The notes beneath the pieces were generated by a model. That model was given only the letters and a program-made list of their open reading frames with translations, was not told the origin of the DNA and did no database searches. Position numbers and translations under genes: made by a program. From Marsupella aquatica (taxonomy: Eukaryota; Plantae; Marchantiophyta), in the NCBI GenBank assembly GCA_973895155.1, contig OZ316895.1, positions 248,001 to 312,000 on the forward strand: 64,000 nucleotides of DNA. The letters run 5' to 3'. Of this stretch, positions 35,847-50,255 are shown in pieces; position 1 is the stretch's first letter; each line of letters begins with the position of its first letter.

Positions 35847-38800
35847 CTACTTGTGATGCAATTGCAAAACCTGCAATACGTCACGGTGTCTAGAGAAACT
35901 CTCCAAAGGAATCACTTTGGTAAATGCGTCAGCCGGGTTGAGTTTACCATCAATCTTGACTAACTCAAACAAATTATCAAACACAGCCAGCCTGATAAAA
36001 TGGTACCTAACGTCAATGTGCTTCACTCTGCTGTCCATCACCTAGTTCACAGCAAGGTGGAGCGCACTTTGACTATCACAATGGAGCTTCACATTCCCCT
36101 GTGGCAATCCCATTTCAATGATAAGTCTATCCAACCAAATCGCTTCCTTTGCTGCTTCCGCAGCTGCAACATACTCCGCTTCTGTAGTAGACTGAGCAAT
36201 ACACTTCTGCAAAGTAGACCTCCAACTTATGCATCCACCGCCAAGTGTGAACACGTATCCTGTTGTTGATCTCCTTCGGTCCAAATCTTGTCCATAGTCA
36301 GAATCAACATAGCCAATCAATGATTTAGCATTCTTTGCATTCGCATCAAATAAAAGACCATGATCCACGGTACCCTTCAAGTACCTGATAATCCACTTCA
36401 CTGCTTCCCAGTGTACCTTCCCTGGATTCGACATGTACCTGCTCACCTTGCCCATAGCCATGGCAAGATCAGGTCTAGTGCAAGTCATCAAATACATGAG
36501 ACTCCCCACTGCCTTGTCATACGGAACCTTTGACATCAACCCCTTCTCTGTGTCATCCGTAGGACAAAACGCTGATGATAACTTGAAGTGTGGAGCCAAC
36601 GGGGTACTTACTGGCTTGCTATTCCCCATGTTGAACCTTGCAATTACTTTCCTCGCATAACTGCTCTGCGTCAACCATAGCTTGCCAGCCTCCAAGTCCC
36701 TAGTGATCTCCATACCCAAAATCCTCTTAGCTGGCCCTAAGTCCTTCATCTTAAACTCTGCACTAAGTAGTGCCTTGAGCTTAACAATCTCAGACCTATC
36801 CTTGGCTGCAATTAGCATATCATCCACATAAAGTACTAAAACAATGAACCCAAAGACAACATTCTTTACCGGTTTCAAATACACACAAGGGTCAAATACA
36901 CTTCTGTGAAAACCTTGTGACCGAATCCAATCGTCAAACCGCTTGTTCCACTGTCTTGGTGACTGCTTCAACCCATACAAGGATTTCAGCAATCTGTAAA
37001 CCAATTCCTCCTGTCCTCTCTTCACAAAACCTAGCGGTTGTCTCATGAAGATCACCTCTTCCAATGTGCCATAGAGGAAAGCTGTGACAACATCCATCTG
37101 ATCTAGCAGCAGACCAAAGATTACAACAAGTACACACAATAGTCGTATTGTAGAGTACTTAGCAACTGGTGAGAAGACCTCATTGTAATCCACACCTTTC
37201 TCTTGTGTGAATCCCTTTGCTACCAACCTAGCCTTGTAGACCTTCGATCCACCTCCTATGAATTATCCTTCAGCTTGTAAATTCACTTGCTGTCCACCAC
37301 TTGCTGACCCTTAGGTAGCTTAACAAGCTCCCAAGTTTTGTTGTCCTTTAGTGACTGCATCTCCGTTTGCATTGCTGCAGTCCACTTCTGCTTCTCCTTT
37401 GAAGCACTTGCCTCATGAAATGAAGAAGGTTCCCCTTCTTCCAAAATTAACGCATCACCCTCATCATCAGCTGTAAAATCATCCTCTTGCAGTTGAGATG
37501 AATCAACCCACTGTCCATACCTTGGTGGAGCGCGTACAGTGCGACCAGATGTTCTTCTAGCCGATGACTCCGGTTGATCTGCGTGTGCTAGTACAATTTG
37601 AAGCTCAACAACATCCACTTGCTGCTCACCAGCATCAACAAACTCCTCTGGTTCCTCTGGCACAGGAACTAGCTCCATAATTGGAGCAACTCCTTCTCTT
37701 CGGTCATGCACCTCATAACCAATCTCCCCCTCAACGAGATCCGGGATAGGAGATTTTCCTTTGTCAGTACGGGAGACCTGAGTATTCTCCCCCTCCTTCA
37801 ATAATCTGGATTCATTGAAGGAAACATCCCTACTGACAACGAGCTTACAGGCAATAGGATCCCATAGCCTATAGGCTTTCACACCACTCTGGTATCCAAG
37901 AAAAATACATTTCTTGGAGGTAGGATCCAACTTGGTCCTATTCTACTTCGGTGTGAGAGCATATGCATCACTTCCAAAAACTACCAAGCCATGATAGTCT
38001 GCTTGTCGCTTATAGCGCATCTCAAACGACGTTTTGAAATTGATAGCACTAGAAGGAGAAAGATTTACCAAATAAGCTGCGGTATTGACAGCTTCTGCCC
38101 AAAATTCTTGTGGTAAACTTGATTGGCTCAACATACTCCGTGACCGCTCCAACAGTGTCCGATTGAGCCTCTCAGCGACACCATTCTGCTGCGGAGTATA
38201 AACTGTGGTGAGATGACGAGTTATCCCCTGTTCTGAACAGTACTCTTCAAATTCCATTGAAGTGTACTCCCCGCCGTTGTCTGACCTCAGACTCTTCACC
38301 CTTGTATCCAAACACTTGATGGTGTTTCCAGTCTGATTCTCCACCTGGGCCTTCCACTTCTTAAAAATGGACAAGACATCAGACTTATGCGTCATGAAAT
38401 AAATCCACACAAATCTTGAGTAATCATCAATAAATGATACATAGTACAACTTTCCAGAGTGTGAGGGAGTCGGGGATGGACCCCACACATCACTATGTAT
38501 GTACTCAAGAACCGCTTTGGAACGATGAGTTCCAACACCAAAAGCACGACGATGCTGCTTTCCAAGAATGCAATGCTCACAAAACTCTAATTTACAAGAT
38601 TGCAAATCAGAAATGAGTCCATTCTTCCGTAAGATAGCCAAACCCTTCTCACTCATGTGGCCTAGCCATGAATGCCACAGTTGAGTCATCTCCTTGTGAG
38701 ACTTGGTTACATTGGCCTCTCCACATATAGTATTGCCCTGTAACACATACAAATTCTTTTGTCTACTCCCCTTCAAAATCACTGTCTCTCCCGACCTGAC

Positions 38801-40160
38801 TTGAAGTTCACCATCAATAACGCTCCATTGATGACCATTTGAATCCAACACACCGAGTGAAATCAGATTCTTACGCATGCCAGGTACATACCTGACTCCG
38901 GACACTATGCGCACAGCGCCATCAAACATTTGAATCTTCACAGACCCAATTCCCCTCAATTTGACAGGAGTGATAATTTCCCATCAGAACTGAACCGTTT
39001 GAAACAGAGTAAGAACTGAAAAACTCACGAATGTAACAAATATGAAAAGAGCAAGCACAATCAAGAATCCACACATCATCTGCTCTCCTAGATGACGTGC
39101 ACAGGGCATACCCCCGGCTTCATAAAACATACTCATCATTGAGTAAATCAGTTTCTCCATCAGCCCTAGCCACATTTACCGATGAAGTTTCCGCTGCCTT
39201 TCCCTTACAGTCTCGCTTGAAGTGTCAAACTTGGTTGCACTTCCAACATGTCACCTGCCTCCTCTAAGGGGATTTACCCTTGGACTTAGATCTGGATTTA
39301 GATCTAAACTGGGTTCTACGGTCCCCAGTTGGTCGCTGCATACTCCTCCCACGGTTAACATTGAGGGCAGCACCAGATGATGAAGGCTGTGACGTGATGT
39401 GCATCTTCTGCTGAAGATCATCACTAAGCAGAGAACTTACCACGTCATTGTATGAAATGATATCTCTATCATGATGCAACAACACTCGTGATAGGGACTG
39501 GTAAGATGGAGGCAATGAACTAAGAAGCTGCAGAGCCTTCGTCTCATCATTCAAAGTCTCCCCAAGGTTTTCCAAGTCAACGACCATGTCGTTGAAAGCA
39601 TCCACATGGTCTTGCAACTTCGTACCGGATTCCTTCATCCTGAAACTCATCAGTTTGTAGGAAGTGTAGAGCCGGTTTGACAACTCCTTGCGGTGATACT
39701 TGCTCTATAATTCCGCAAACAAGGACATGCAATCCTTATGTGCACCCAACTGCTTGATGATGGGAGGCATGAGATAGAGTGTAACACACCACACTCCCTG
39801 CTCCTGCATGCGGTCCCATTGTTTCTCATCAACATCGTCTTCACGAGGGCTCAACAGTTGGCCCATCCCTGACGCATAGAGCACTCCCTTCACCTGCTTC
39901 TCCCATAGCAAGTAGTCAGAGCGCCCATCATACTTTGTCACTTCATACTTGGGTCCCCCAAGCTTGAAAGTCCCCATCTTCTTCTTTGGCACTACCGTGA
40001 GCTCCGGTAGTAGTACTGCTTCCTCCACCACACGTCGCACCGGTGATGGTATCGGTGTCACGTGCTCTTCCTCCTGCTCCTCTCTCTGCCCCTGAAACCT
40101 CCGCGGTGATCCTCGTGCTTCAAGTTCCACGTCTTCGAAAAACTCCTCCGAATCACTCAT
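35847..40160 (-). pseudogene. Copia gag-pol with multiple stops and frameshifts
   Basis: CWKCNQV*HFKRDC knuckle, WILDCACSFH protease, HSDVWGP/RSDNGGEY/PQQNGVAER integrase, YGLKQSPRQW/LYVDDML RT, KHIDVRYHFIR RNase H. Confidence 0.93.
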
Positions 40161-41298
40161 ATGAGAAAATCACAAAAAATGTTGTTTTTCACAACTTCTC
40201 AAAAAACTTGAAACTCAACACCGGCGCGTAGCCCACAAAGCTAGGAGTCCAATACTGAAAACCGAAATCAAAATCAAAATTTGACGGAAAAGTTATTCAA
40301 ATTTTGGTCGAGGTGGGTAAAACCTTGGGAAACTCCCCCGTTTTGACCACCTCAGGGAATAACCGAAATACCAAGTACAACCCGTTGTCGGAATTGCGAT
40401 GTGATTGGTGCGCCGCGTTGCCAACTTCAATGGCTACGACCTCGCCGAAAAATAACCAAAAAAGTTACCGTTGGGCGGATGAAATCTTTGTCGGACGGTC
40501 AAAAAATAGCTCTCTGGTTTTTTGGAATATTCTATGACCCTTGTACAGGCCCTGTGAGAATTTTGGAAGAACAATCGAGGGGCTGACACGTGTCCTCGAA
40601 CCCCCAAAACCCCCTACCACCCTTCGTCATCGAAATCTAGTCACGCGCGCAGAAAATACACACGGCAGAATGTACCCCTTGATACCAAATGCAAGATATC
40701 TCACTCGAGTTTTGACGAAATCAAGATCTGATTTCAGATTTGGAAACTAGACTCCGAGGCGGTGAAGATCGATATAAGAAGCACCCAAAACGAGGAAAGA
40801 ACGAGGGAGAAAAAAATTGGTAAAGGTGACAGATTTCTCTCAATTGCCATAGCTAATTTCGAATCAGTTTTTCAAAGAGAAAAAAATGGTACCTTGTCAA
40901 CAACGAATGTTGATCAATTGCACTTGGTGCTGTCACCAAGTCCAACAAGGTAATTGATTTTGCTTAGCCTTCCTCTTTGCATCAAAGAGCCAATCCCGGA
41001 CTCAAACAATCGTCTTGCCTCAATCTCTCCGTTGAGTCAAAACACTTGACGCTTCTCCCTCCGAGTCGATTGCCAACTTTCTTCACAAAATCCAGAACAA
41101 CAAAAACTTAGATCTCTCTGCACCACGAGCTCCGTTCAGCGATTTCTTCACACCGTTAGAAAACTCTTGCCTTGATCTATCCGTTGAGCCCATAAACTCC
41201 AAGTTCCATGCGATAGAACTCTGGGAAATCCACCGACACTCAACGCTGGAAAAACCGTCATGAAATCCCATCACGAACACACGTCACCTCCCAAGCAT

Positions 41299-41310
41299 GC
41301 TTTGATACCA
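41299..41310 (-). promoter_or_regulatory. Primer-binding site of the Copia element
   Basis: TGGTATCAAAGC, 2 nt inside the 5' LTR boundary. Confidence 0.9.
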
Positions 41311-44300
41311 ATTGTTGAGCATAGACGATGATCGCAACGGCAAGCCCATGAACCATCCAACACACAATAGTCGACACAAGAGATACGTGGTTCACCTCCT
41401 TGAGGCTACGTCCACGGGAACACACAAGAGAGCTTTAATTTACTGAACTCTAAGCCCGTCGGCTATACCGAGTCTCCACAGTGTAAGCTCTCCCTATCTC
41501 TCAAGTGGCTCCATAACAATGAGCCTTGGTTCTACCTCTCCAAGCACACATGCCTCTTATGATATAGTGTGCAACTTAGTTGTACCTAACCACATAGTTG
41601 TACCTAATCACGTAGTTGTATCTAACCACATAGTTGTACCTAATCACGTAATTGTACCTAACCATGTAGTTGTACCTAACCACATCATACCTAACCTAGA
41701 CGTAAGAGTAAATACCCAACAGATCCAAGCTTTCCAGATAGCCGACGTGTAGTCCATACCTCGAAAACTAGTAGGGGAGGAGAATAAGAATCTGTCCATA
41801 GTAGTGTAACCTGCATGACGGAGAGCAACTGATCTATTCCATGCTGCCAAACGGAGGTTAGCAGAAAAAAGGATAGCCCATTCCGATCTTGGCTCCGAAA
41901 TCATTCGGGACGCCCAACGAGCTAGAAGAGCCGATGCCTGTGTTTTGATATCCTTGAAGCCCAATCCACCATTGCGCTTCTGTCCACACATCCGGTTCCA
42001 GGATACCAACGGAGTTTTCCGCCCTCCCTCCTTGTTGAGTCCCCACAAGAAGTCTTTGCAGATTTTCTGGATCGTATCCGTAACACTCCCAGCAAGGTGT
42101 GTATACATCATATGATAAACAGTCATGGATAGCAACACCTGTTTTATTAGTATCGCTCGCCCTGTAAAAGAGAAACTCTTGGTAGACCATTTTGCTATCC
42201 TCCTATACAAGTTCTTCGTGAAGAATTCCTGGTATTGCTGCCTGGAAATATTCTGACCCAGGGGAGCGTCCAGATAAGATGATATAATCCTCGGAGTAAT
42301 GATAACACAGCTAGAGTCCACTAGCCATGTCGGAGGCACCTCCAAGCAAAAAGTAAGGACTTCAGTTTTTCTTAAGTTCAAACGAGCCCCGGCTGCGAGT
42401 TCATAAAGTGCCAGCTTCCCTTGAATTTCCAGAAAGCAAGATTCTTTTGCAGGAGTTAACACACCCAAATCATCAGCGAAAAACCTGTGGAATAAGGTAA
42501 GGTCACTGTTAATTTTGATGCCGTGTACCTCCCCGGCGACCAGGCTTGCCTCCAGGCAGTCCATTAATGGTTGCGTGGAAAGTACGTACATCATTGGGGC
42601 CAATGGGCAGCCTTGACAAACCCCTCGTAATAGAGAAAATGGATCTGTGAATCTTCCATTTACATGGACCTTAGCTGTTGCCTGATACATAAGGCCCATT
42701 CTATTACGAGTAAGCAAAGGACTGAGCCCCAGGGTGAGAAGGGTCTCACTGATATACCTGTGGTTCACTCGGTCGAAGGCTTTAGAGAAATCCATTTTCA
42801 GAAAAAGGGTCGGGACATGGTTAGTTGTCAGCCAGTCGCAAGCAAGCCATAACATGGAAATGTTGTCTAAGATTTGTCTCCCTGGGACAAATCCGGTTTG
42901 TTGAACGTTGATCAACTTTGGCAGGACCTTCCGGAGCCGCAATGCAATTAGCTTAGCTACTATCTTATATGATATGTTAAGAAGAGTAATCGGCCGCCAA
43001 TCAGTTAGGTTGGTTCTGTCAAACGATTTTGGGACTAACTTAATGACTCCATCCAAGAATCCCGGTAGCATTAATCCATTCGTCCAAAATGACACCAGCA
43101 TATCATGAAGCGTCGGGGCTACGAAGTTCCAACACTCCAGAAATACTTCTATTGTTAGTCCGTCCAAACCAGGAGCTTTGTTTTTCTGCACTTGTTGTGC
43201 TGCCAATAATAGTTCTGCCTGAGTTGGGATTGAATCTAACATGATTGTCTCATCGGGGGATATCTTAGAATGAGAGTGTTTTAATATTTCCCTTCTGGCA
43301 TCTACGTTCCGGAAGGACTCCCTGGTGTCCGGGGAGTACAGAGCTCTGTAATATCTTTCCACCTCCCTAAGAATACTATTTGTGTCAGTAGTCATAGATT
43401 CGTCTTCCAGCCTCAATATCGGAATAGACGCTCTCTGCTGTTGGGTCCTAATTATGTTGAAGAAGAAACGAGTTGAGGCATCTTCAATACCCAACCAACA
43501 AATCCGCGATCTCCTCCTCAGATCGATGGCGGCTGCAAACTCAAATTCCCGAAGTTCTGTTTCCGCCTGCCTTAGGTTAGACAAGGAGTTCCCTAAGGAG
43601 TGATGGTCTGCTTGCGTACGTAATGTTACCACTTTGGATCTGAGCTCTGCCTCCTTTATTTGTTTACCATTTTTTTGAGACTGTATTATCTTATATTCCC
43701 GCCGCAACCGCTTACAAGCTAGAGAGAATGCTAATCTAGGGTCCTCGACTCTGGTTGAGGTATCATACCAGGCACTTTCTAGAAGACGCTTGTTCACATC
43801 ACTCTTCAATACCCAGGGGTTTGCCTTGAAATATGTGGTCCTAGCAATCTCATGGGTATCGAGACCACTCACGTTTATGACACATGACAGAGAAACTGGG
43901 CAATGATCAGAGAGTGGGCGATCGTGGTGATGAGTGAGAGAAATGATTTTATTTATCCACTCTCCCCTATTACTAATATAAAACCTGTCTAATCTAGATT
44001 GGAGAACACCCGACACTGTGTTCCTCCGCCAAGTGAAACGAGACCCAGGAACAAATCCTACTATGTTGTATGCGTCATATAGGTCTAGTGCACTTTTCAG
44101 ATATCCCCAAGTAACAAATTCAGATCCCGAGAGCAGGGATGAGTGTTCGGCAACCGAGTCTAGAGTACTCTCTGTCATGTTAAAATCACCAGCCAGAATC
44201 CAGTTCCCACGAGGTAATTCTTCTGCGAGGTGCTTCCATAAGCTGGTCCGTATAGTAGAAACATTCGAGGCGTATATTCCAACTAGGCCAAATTTACCGA

Positions 44301-44649
44301 GTTCACTATCTAGCTGCGCCCATAGGACACTACCAATGGGTATGACTCCCGAAGCACTAATCCTTATGGAGGGGTGTATTAGCATGGCCGTTCCTCCCTT
44401 ACCTTCAACTGGATGTGATATTATTGTATTATATCCTGGAAGAATAATGGAAAGAGCATAAAGTAATCGGAATCCATTAGCTTTTATTTCGAGGAGCGTG
44501 AGAATATGCATGGGGAACTTTAAATCATAAATCCATTTTCGTATTATTAGCTTTCGGTTAGGGTCACAAAGTCCTGATACGTTCCATATCGCTACATTTA
44601 ATTGCTTGTCCATTGATAAGAGCTGGAAGGTTGAGAGAGAGAGAAGAAC

Positions 44650-46803
44650 TTACTGCACGCCCTGGCTAGCTGAGGAGGTTCCCGACATTGTTTCGTATCC
44701 TGAGCTCGACGAGTTACTATCCATTTCAGTTTCTTCCTCCATTGATGTCGACTCATCTTGCGATGTGAATCCACCCCCTGCATCTCCCAATATCTGGTTA
44801 TATAGGAGTGTGGTATAGTCCTTACCTGCGAGCCTTGGTGACAAACCTGTAAATAGTGAGCGGAGCTTCTGCTTCTTCTTGGTTGTCTTCTTCCCCGTTG
44901 ACCTCATTATTTGTTTGAGCCTCCGAATTGGCCTCGCATGTGTGAGATGTGGTGGTTCCTTATCAGCTCCTTCTGATTGAGTAACTTCTTCGTCTTTCAT
45001 GGATAATGCCTTATCCCACGTGATAGGATTCTGAGTATCTATGAGTCCTAAGTTCACCAAGTTCCCTGATCTGACGGCCCCAGTGGGGTTGCTAGATCCA
45101 GGATACCCAATCTCTTTTGCCTGGACCATGGGTGAGGGAATGGCCCATGCCCCTTCGCTGATAAAATGCCTGAGATCCCTCCATCAGGGAAATGGGAGAG
45201 GTCAACCGATGCGGCCATTGGAGGACCCCACTGTGGCGGAGATATATTTGTTGCCACTGGTGGCCCATTCTGGAATCTCGATATGCTGAGAGATTCCCTA
45301 TTCTCATAAACTATGCTGTAGGGTATTTTTACCGCATTGGAGGCAATACTTAGTGCTGGGGTTGGAAGTAGTCCGATTGACCGAACTGATTTGGTGTTGC
45401 CCACACCCACCCAGCCAGGAGATAAGTGTTAAGGATTGCTCTTAGTCTTGTGACTCATAGGTTACGGCACTTAGGCTAACCATAGTTAGAATCTTAGCTA
45501 AGGTTAGGTTAGTCGTGTGTGACCTTGTATATACCAGGGCTAGTGTAAGCCGCTGGTGTGTGGTGCTTACTGATTGTAACGGAGCAACTTGAGGAAGAGG
45601 GAGAGCATGTGTGTTCGTTTACTCTTGAAGTAAAGCTTGAGTGTTCGTGTGGACGTAGCCTTGGAGAAGAGGTGAACCACATAGAGATTGTGTCGACTAC
45701 GTGTGCATGGAATGAGCCATGGTTGTATGGTCGTTGCAAATGACGTCTTAGTTCAACAATAAGATGCCCACTTCAGATATGCGCTCACTGACTCTTCCGT
45801 TGCTTGAGAGTGTGCAACCGTCACTCCTTTCCAAAACACTAATTGGCTCATTGGTCTCCCCCAACTTGGGAGAGGATATGTCCTTCAGTCGCTGGCAATT
45901 CTTTCCAACATGACCAAGCTCCATACAACAGTAGCATGCATATGGTACGTGTGTGTACTCGATCCGTTGGTTAATTGTTATGGGATCTGACCCTTCCTCT
46001 CCGTTCATTCGTACCTCCATTATTTCAGGGAGCGGTTTGCTCATGTCCCAGAGGATGCATGCACGGTCATGGGGTGAGAGAGAAGCTTCGGAAGCTTGAC
46101 TGTAGTGTATTATTTCCCCCATTCTCTCAAACATTTTCTTCCCGCAACCCTCCAGCACTAATTCCCGGTACTTCAGTTCCGCCCAGACTGGCATATTCCC
46201 TAGGAATGGCGTGTGAATAGAGAATTTCGGGTCCCATGGCGCACAGTAAACATATTGGTTCCCTAGGTACCAGGGAGAGTCACCGAGGACCATTCGTCTG
46301 TGTTCCGCTGTATTGAAGATGATGAGGAAATAATTCTTCCCCAAGTATTTGACACTTTTGAACTGCCACTTCCTTTTGAAACAGAACTCAAATTCCGACC
46401 ACTTCAGGAAATGTTGATACGTGGGGACCCTACCAGCAAAGGAAAATAATACCGCTCTAGTTATGAGTTCTGTTACTGTTTTTGAAGCTTCCATGATACT
46501 TACCTCTAGCTGCAGCTTTACCTTTGAAGTGTCTTGTTCGTGGGTGTTGGTCGATAGGGATTGAAATGCTTCTTTGCATTCTGCTGATATCGTGCACCTG
46601 TTGATGGAGTTCATGACCTTGTCCACGCCCAACATGTTGTCGCCTTCGTTGTGGGTTATCCGTTCCTCTGTTGAGCTATCCTGTCGATGTGGTGATGTTG
46701 AAACCTCCTCCTGGCCTGGCAAATCATTGTTGAACTTAGTCGGGTTGTCTCTTCTCTCACATGCTAATCCTTCTGCCTTGAATATCTTGCTCAGTCTCAC
46801 CAT
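44650..46803 (-). pseudogene. LINE ORF1 (DUF4283-like region plus CCHC zinc knuckle), interrupted by a solo LTR
   Basis: YLGKNYFLIIF...SPWYLGNQYVYCAPWDPKF, CYCCMELGHVGKNC. Rejoins in frame across the solo LTR (EVGIL|SPGWVGVGNT). Exact start and end are uncertain. Confidence 0.75.
45427..45758 (+). mobile_element. Copia-type solo LTR inserted in LINE ORF1
   Basis: TGTTAAG...GTTCAACA; GTGGACGTAGCC...GGTGAACCAC core; TSD ATAAG at 45422-45426 and 45759-45763. Confidence 0.9.
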
Positions 46804-49800
46804 TGCGTTCCGTGTGTGTTTGATCCGGGGACTGAATCTGCTCTCTGGACTACTCAGTTCTTGCTCTTTGATTGTGCGTCTCTGTGAATGTTCACTATAA
46901 CACTGTTGTTAGTGACTCTACTCTTCCTGTTATTCTCTCTTCATATTCTAACGTGTCTAATTTTTCTGGGGCCCATCAGGGGAAGTGTATGATGCCTGTT
47001 TGTCGTCAGCTGAGTTGTTTCTTGTTCTTGATTTTTGTTTTCGCGTTATATTTTCCTCTGACGTTTTTCGTACCTTCTTGTTCAGAGATTTGTTCCCCAT
47101 CAGTATTCTTCCTGTTCCCATATCTGATTCTCTGTGTACCGTGTTATTCGGACTCTTTTTTTTAAGTCGATACTTCACGTCTGCTTCTGCCACTTAACTG
47201 ATCAGTGCAAGTCTGAGCTCCTGCTTCCTTGGCCTATCTGCTTACTATATTCCTTCTGACCTGCCTTCGTTCTTGATTGCCAGGTTTTTTAGTTAATTAA
47301 CTTCTTCTAATTTCCTCTTTCTTGTTTGTATATGTTACGTCTCTTTGTGTGATTGCACTTTTTCTTTAGTGTTTGGACCTTCTTGTTATATATTAATATC
47401 TTACTTAATTAATCCTTCGGTGAGCATCATAACTTGCTTCTTGTAGTGTTCTGTTTCTACTGTGTGTAGTCTGTCTCTTTCCCCTCCTTATTGGCTCCTC
47501 ACTTTTTGCTGGAGCTGATACCTCCTTGATCTTGTGCGAACTTGCTTACCTTCTTTTTGTTTACCTCTTGTGCCTAATTTGCTTCCCTTTTTTAAACCTT
47601 GCGCGTGCTTTTTTGTTGACTATCGTTTGATTAGACTTACTCTATACTTGTTATGTAACTTTTTTGGGATTGTTAGTTGTTAGCGCGAGTGTCTCCACTA
47701 TACAGTCTTTATATCTACCAATGTACTGTATAATGTGCATCACTTATTCCTATTGTACTGCTATTATGAACGCACATACATATATGCTTGGACATTGAAC
47801 GGAATCCAAACTTATCTTTTTGCGTGCCGGATTGTTCTCCCTTCTCTTGTTGATCTTTCTCTTATCTTGTCTACCGGCTTTCTTTTCACTTGGAGTCCGC
47901 GTCGCTCAGGGCCCCACTCCTCTCCCTTCCTAGCCCACCATCGCTCCTTCCGCACCTATCATCTTGCTCCCATTGGGGTCCGCCATCGCTCGTTCACGTT
48001 TCCCTCAATATAGCAAGTTTTTGTCTTCCATTAGGCAGTTTCCCACCGAGCCTCAGACCCAATTAGGCAGAATCCGGTGGTTGTCCTTAACACAGGAAAT
48101 CCTCAGCTCACAAATAACCTGGGAAAACTACACATGGAATATTCCTATGTAGCATCTTCTCCTTCACATAATTTGACAGTCGTGGCCTTCGCTAAAAAAA
48201 GAAAACACTGAAAACCATGCCTCCCATGTCTTGGAAAGCCACCGGTTTTGGCAAACTTTGCTATATATTTGTTCGCGTTATCATTTTGTAAGGAGCCGGA
48301 GAAGGGAAAATTTTGGCAGTAGCTAGCTAATAAAAAAAATCATTGCCAACAACACTTATTACCTTAGTACCATCTTGGCTTCTGCAAGAAATAAGTTGTT
48401 ATTAGAATTTTGTATTTGACTAAATATACACTTTGAAACCTCTAAGATAATTTTATGATGCAAATTTAGGAATATTCTGAGCATTTTGATATAAACACTA
48501 ATTTTACAATGTATATATGTTTTAATTTTATTTTTATCAAAATTTTAAGGGAAAATCTGTGAAATCCCACAGAAAGGAAAGAGTCCTGAACCCACAATAG
48601 TTGAACCCAATACCTATCAATCTTTACTCAAGTGAGTTATCACAAAGTCATGCCTCTCTGGACTATGGACTATGTATACATTATTTTCAGATTAATAATG
48701 AAAAAAATGTGCAATATTAACCCTAAACCCAAACATACATAGGAAGGGGTAGTATGTCCATTCTTAACAAGAAATGCCATGAAAATTGCAAAGCTAAAAG
48801 TTACAAAGGCCAATAAGTTTTATGTTACACAATTGAATTTTTTTGTAGCAGAAACAAAACTTCAAGTAAAGCGATGTCAAGGGGAGCAGCACCTGAGGCG
48901 GACTCAGTGACAAGCTGATAGAAATATGCAGGTTAGCTACGGCAGTGTTGTGAAATCGAGCCCAACCAATATCAAGCTCACAGTGTTGGACACTGAACTC
49001 CGAAACAAAGCCCGCGAGGAAGTCAAGGAAGTATAGTTTAGGGTAGATACCAATTGTCTGTGGACTATGGGAGGGCAACTCAACTCGCATGTGGGGTCCT
49101 CATGTTCCACGCCTTGGGATGTTCCACGCCCCTCCCAGGGACACAATGTGCTCAGTGAAGACTCCGCACGAATAGCTGAACAGCTGTTCGAGTAAAAGTC
49201 TCCAGCCGAAGCACCCTTTCCGAAACCAAATCAGTGGCTAGAACTTGTTGTACGGTCTTTTGGCAGGATAGCGCCTTACTAGTTACTCCGGATAGAAAAT
49301 TCGAGTAGCATTATTGGCCAGAAAGGGCAGCCTCCATAACTCACTGCCTTAAAATTATGTCCAGGAAGACCGCACGAGGCCGGGGAACGAGGACTTCAAA
49401 AGTCAGGCTACTCGACAGAGCTGGAACAGCCTGCGGTAGAGATGTGGAGTAGAAGTCTAGGTATAGCATCTCCACCGCTAGCCGGAGTCGCGGCGTGGAA
49501 GAATTGTAAGAGGCCAGCATACTGAGCGGAGGTGTTGTATCTATCATAATTTCGTGCAATGCAATGCTATACGCTTTGTCAGGTTTCGACCAGAGAGTGC
49601 TCTTGCTTTGTTGCACTACCCTTTACTCCCTAATGACGAGGACTGAAGGTTGATTTCATATTTTCAAGCGTGCAATGGTGTCATCCAGACAAGCAGTCAA
49701 GTCACCGATCCCCGGTCTCACGGTGTATCTCGGACCATGGGTGCGTCGGGCAGCCCACAACCCCACCTTTCTCGACGAGGACGGGCAGGAGTGCAGGCAA

Positions 49801-50255
49801 AGGGAACGGTCGACCGGGCAGGGAAGCAGATGAGCCTTTGTTGGTCCCTGCCCGATCAGTGTTCCCCTTCAGAAACATTGGACTGACCCTTCTCCCATCG
49901 CTAGATTGGTATGCATCCTGCTGCATCCCAGTGCCGTCGTTTCAACGTGGGGAAACGAAAGGGATAGAAGCGAAAGTTTCACTTTCATCCAAAGCTCCTC
50001 TCGTAATGATCTCTTCAAGGTGTGTTCGAAGACCCCAGATCTGCCTCATTTCTCAAGAGCAAATTCTCTGAGGCCTTCGAATTACTTCGCAGCCACCTGC
50101 AGCCCCCTCGGCAAGATTGCACGTCCTATCAAAATAGCTTGATTAGTTAAGAGGTCTTGTCTGGAGTCCTTCCGAATGGGGCGTTGAATAGATCGCCGAG
50201 CTCCATAGAAGGACAGCTGACAAGGAGCAGCAGGAAGGAAGGGAAGGCAAGTCAA

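Larger units (their letters stand above)
35253..41721 (-). mobile_element. Full-length but defective Ty1/Copia LTR retrotransposon
   Basis: LTRs 35253-35656 and 41313-41721 (TG..CA); TSD GATCC; PBS TGGTATCAAAGC (tRNA-iMet type); PPT AAGTCAAGGGGAAGAT; gag-PR-IN-RT-RH order. Confidence 0.96.
34306..44613 (-). pseudogene. LINE ORF2 (APE endonuclease, RT, zinc finger), ~1277 aa, interrupted only by the Copia insertion
   Basis: WNVSGL, LAGDFN, SRLDRFY, SDHCPV, KAPGLDG, WRPITLLN, KAFDRV, QGCPLAP, FADD, CPSC...HIFFSC. Removing the Copia and one TSD joins WKAWI|HLRGF in frame. Confidence 0.92.
32383..48243 (-). mobile_element. Full-length L1-clade LINE (~9.05 kb after removing nested inserts)
   Basis: TSD GGTTTTGGCAAAC(TTT) at 32367 and 48244; poly-A tail (T run to 32392) with AATAAA ~15 nt upstream; ORF1 and ORF2 present. 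Confidence 0.92.
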
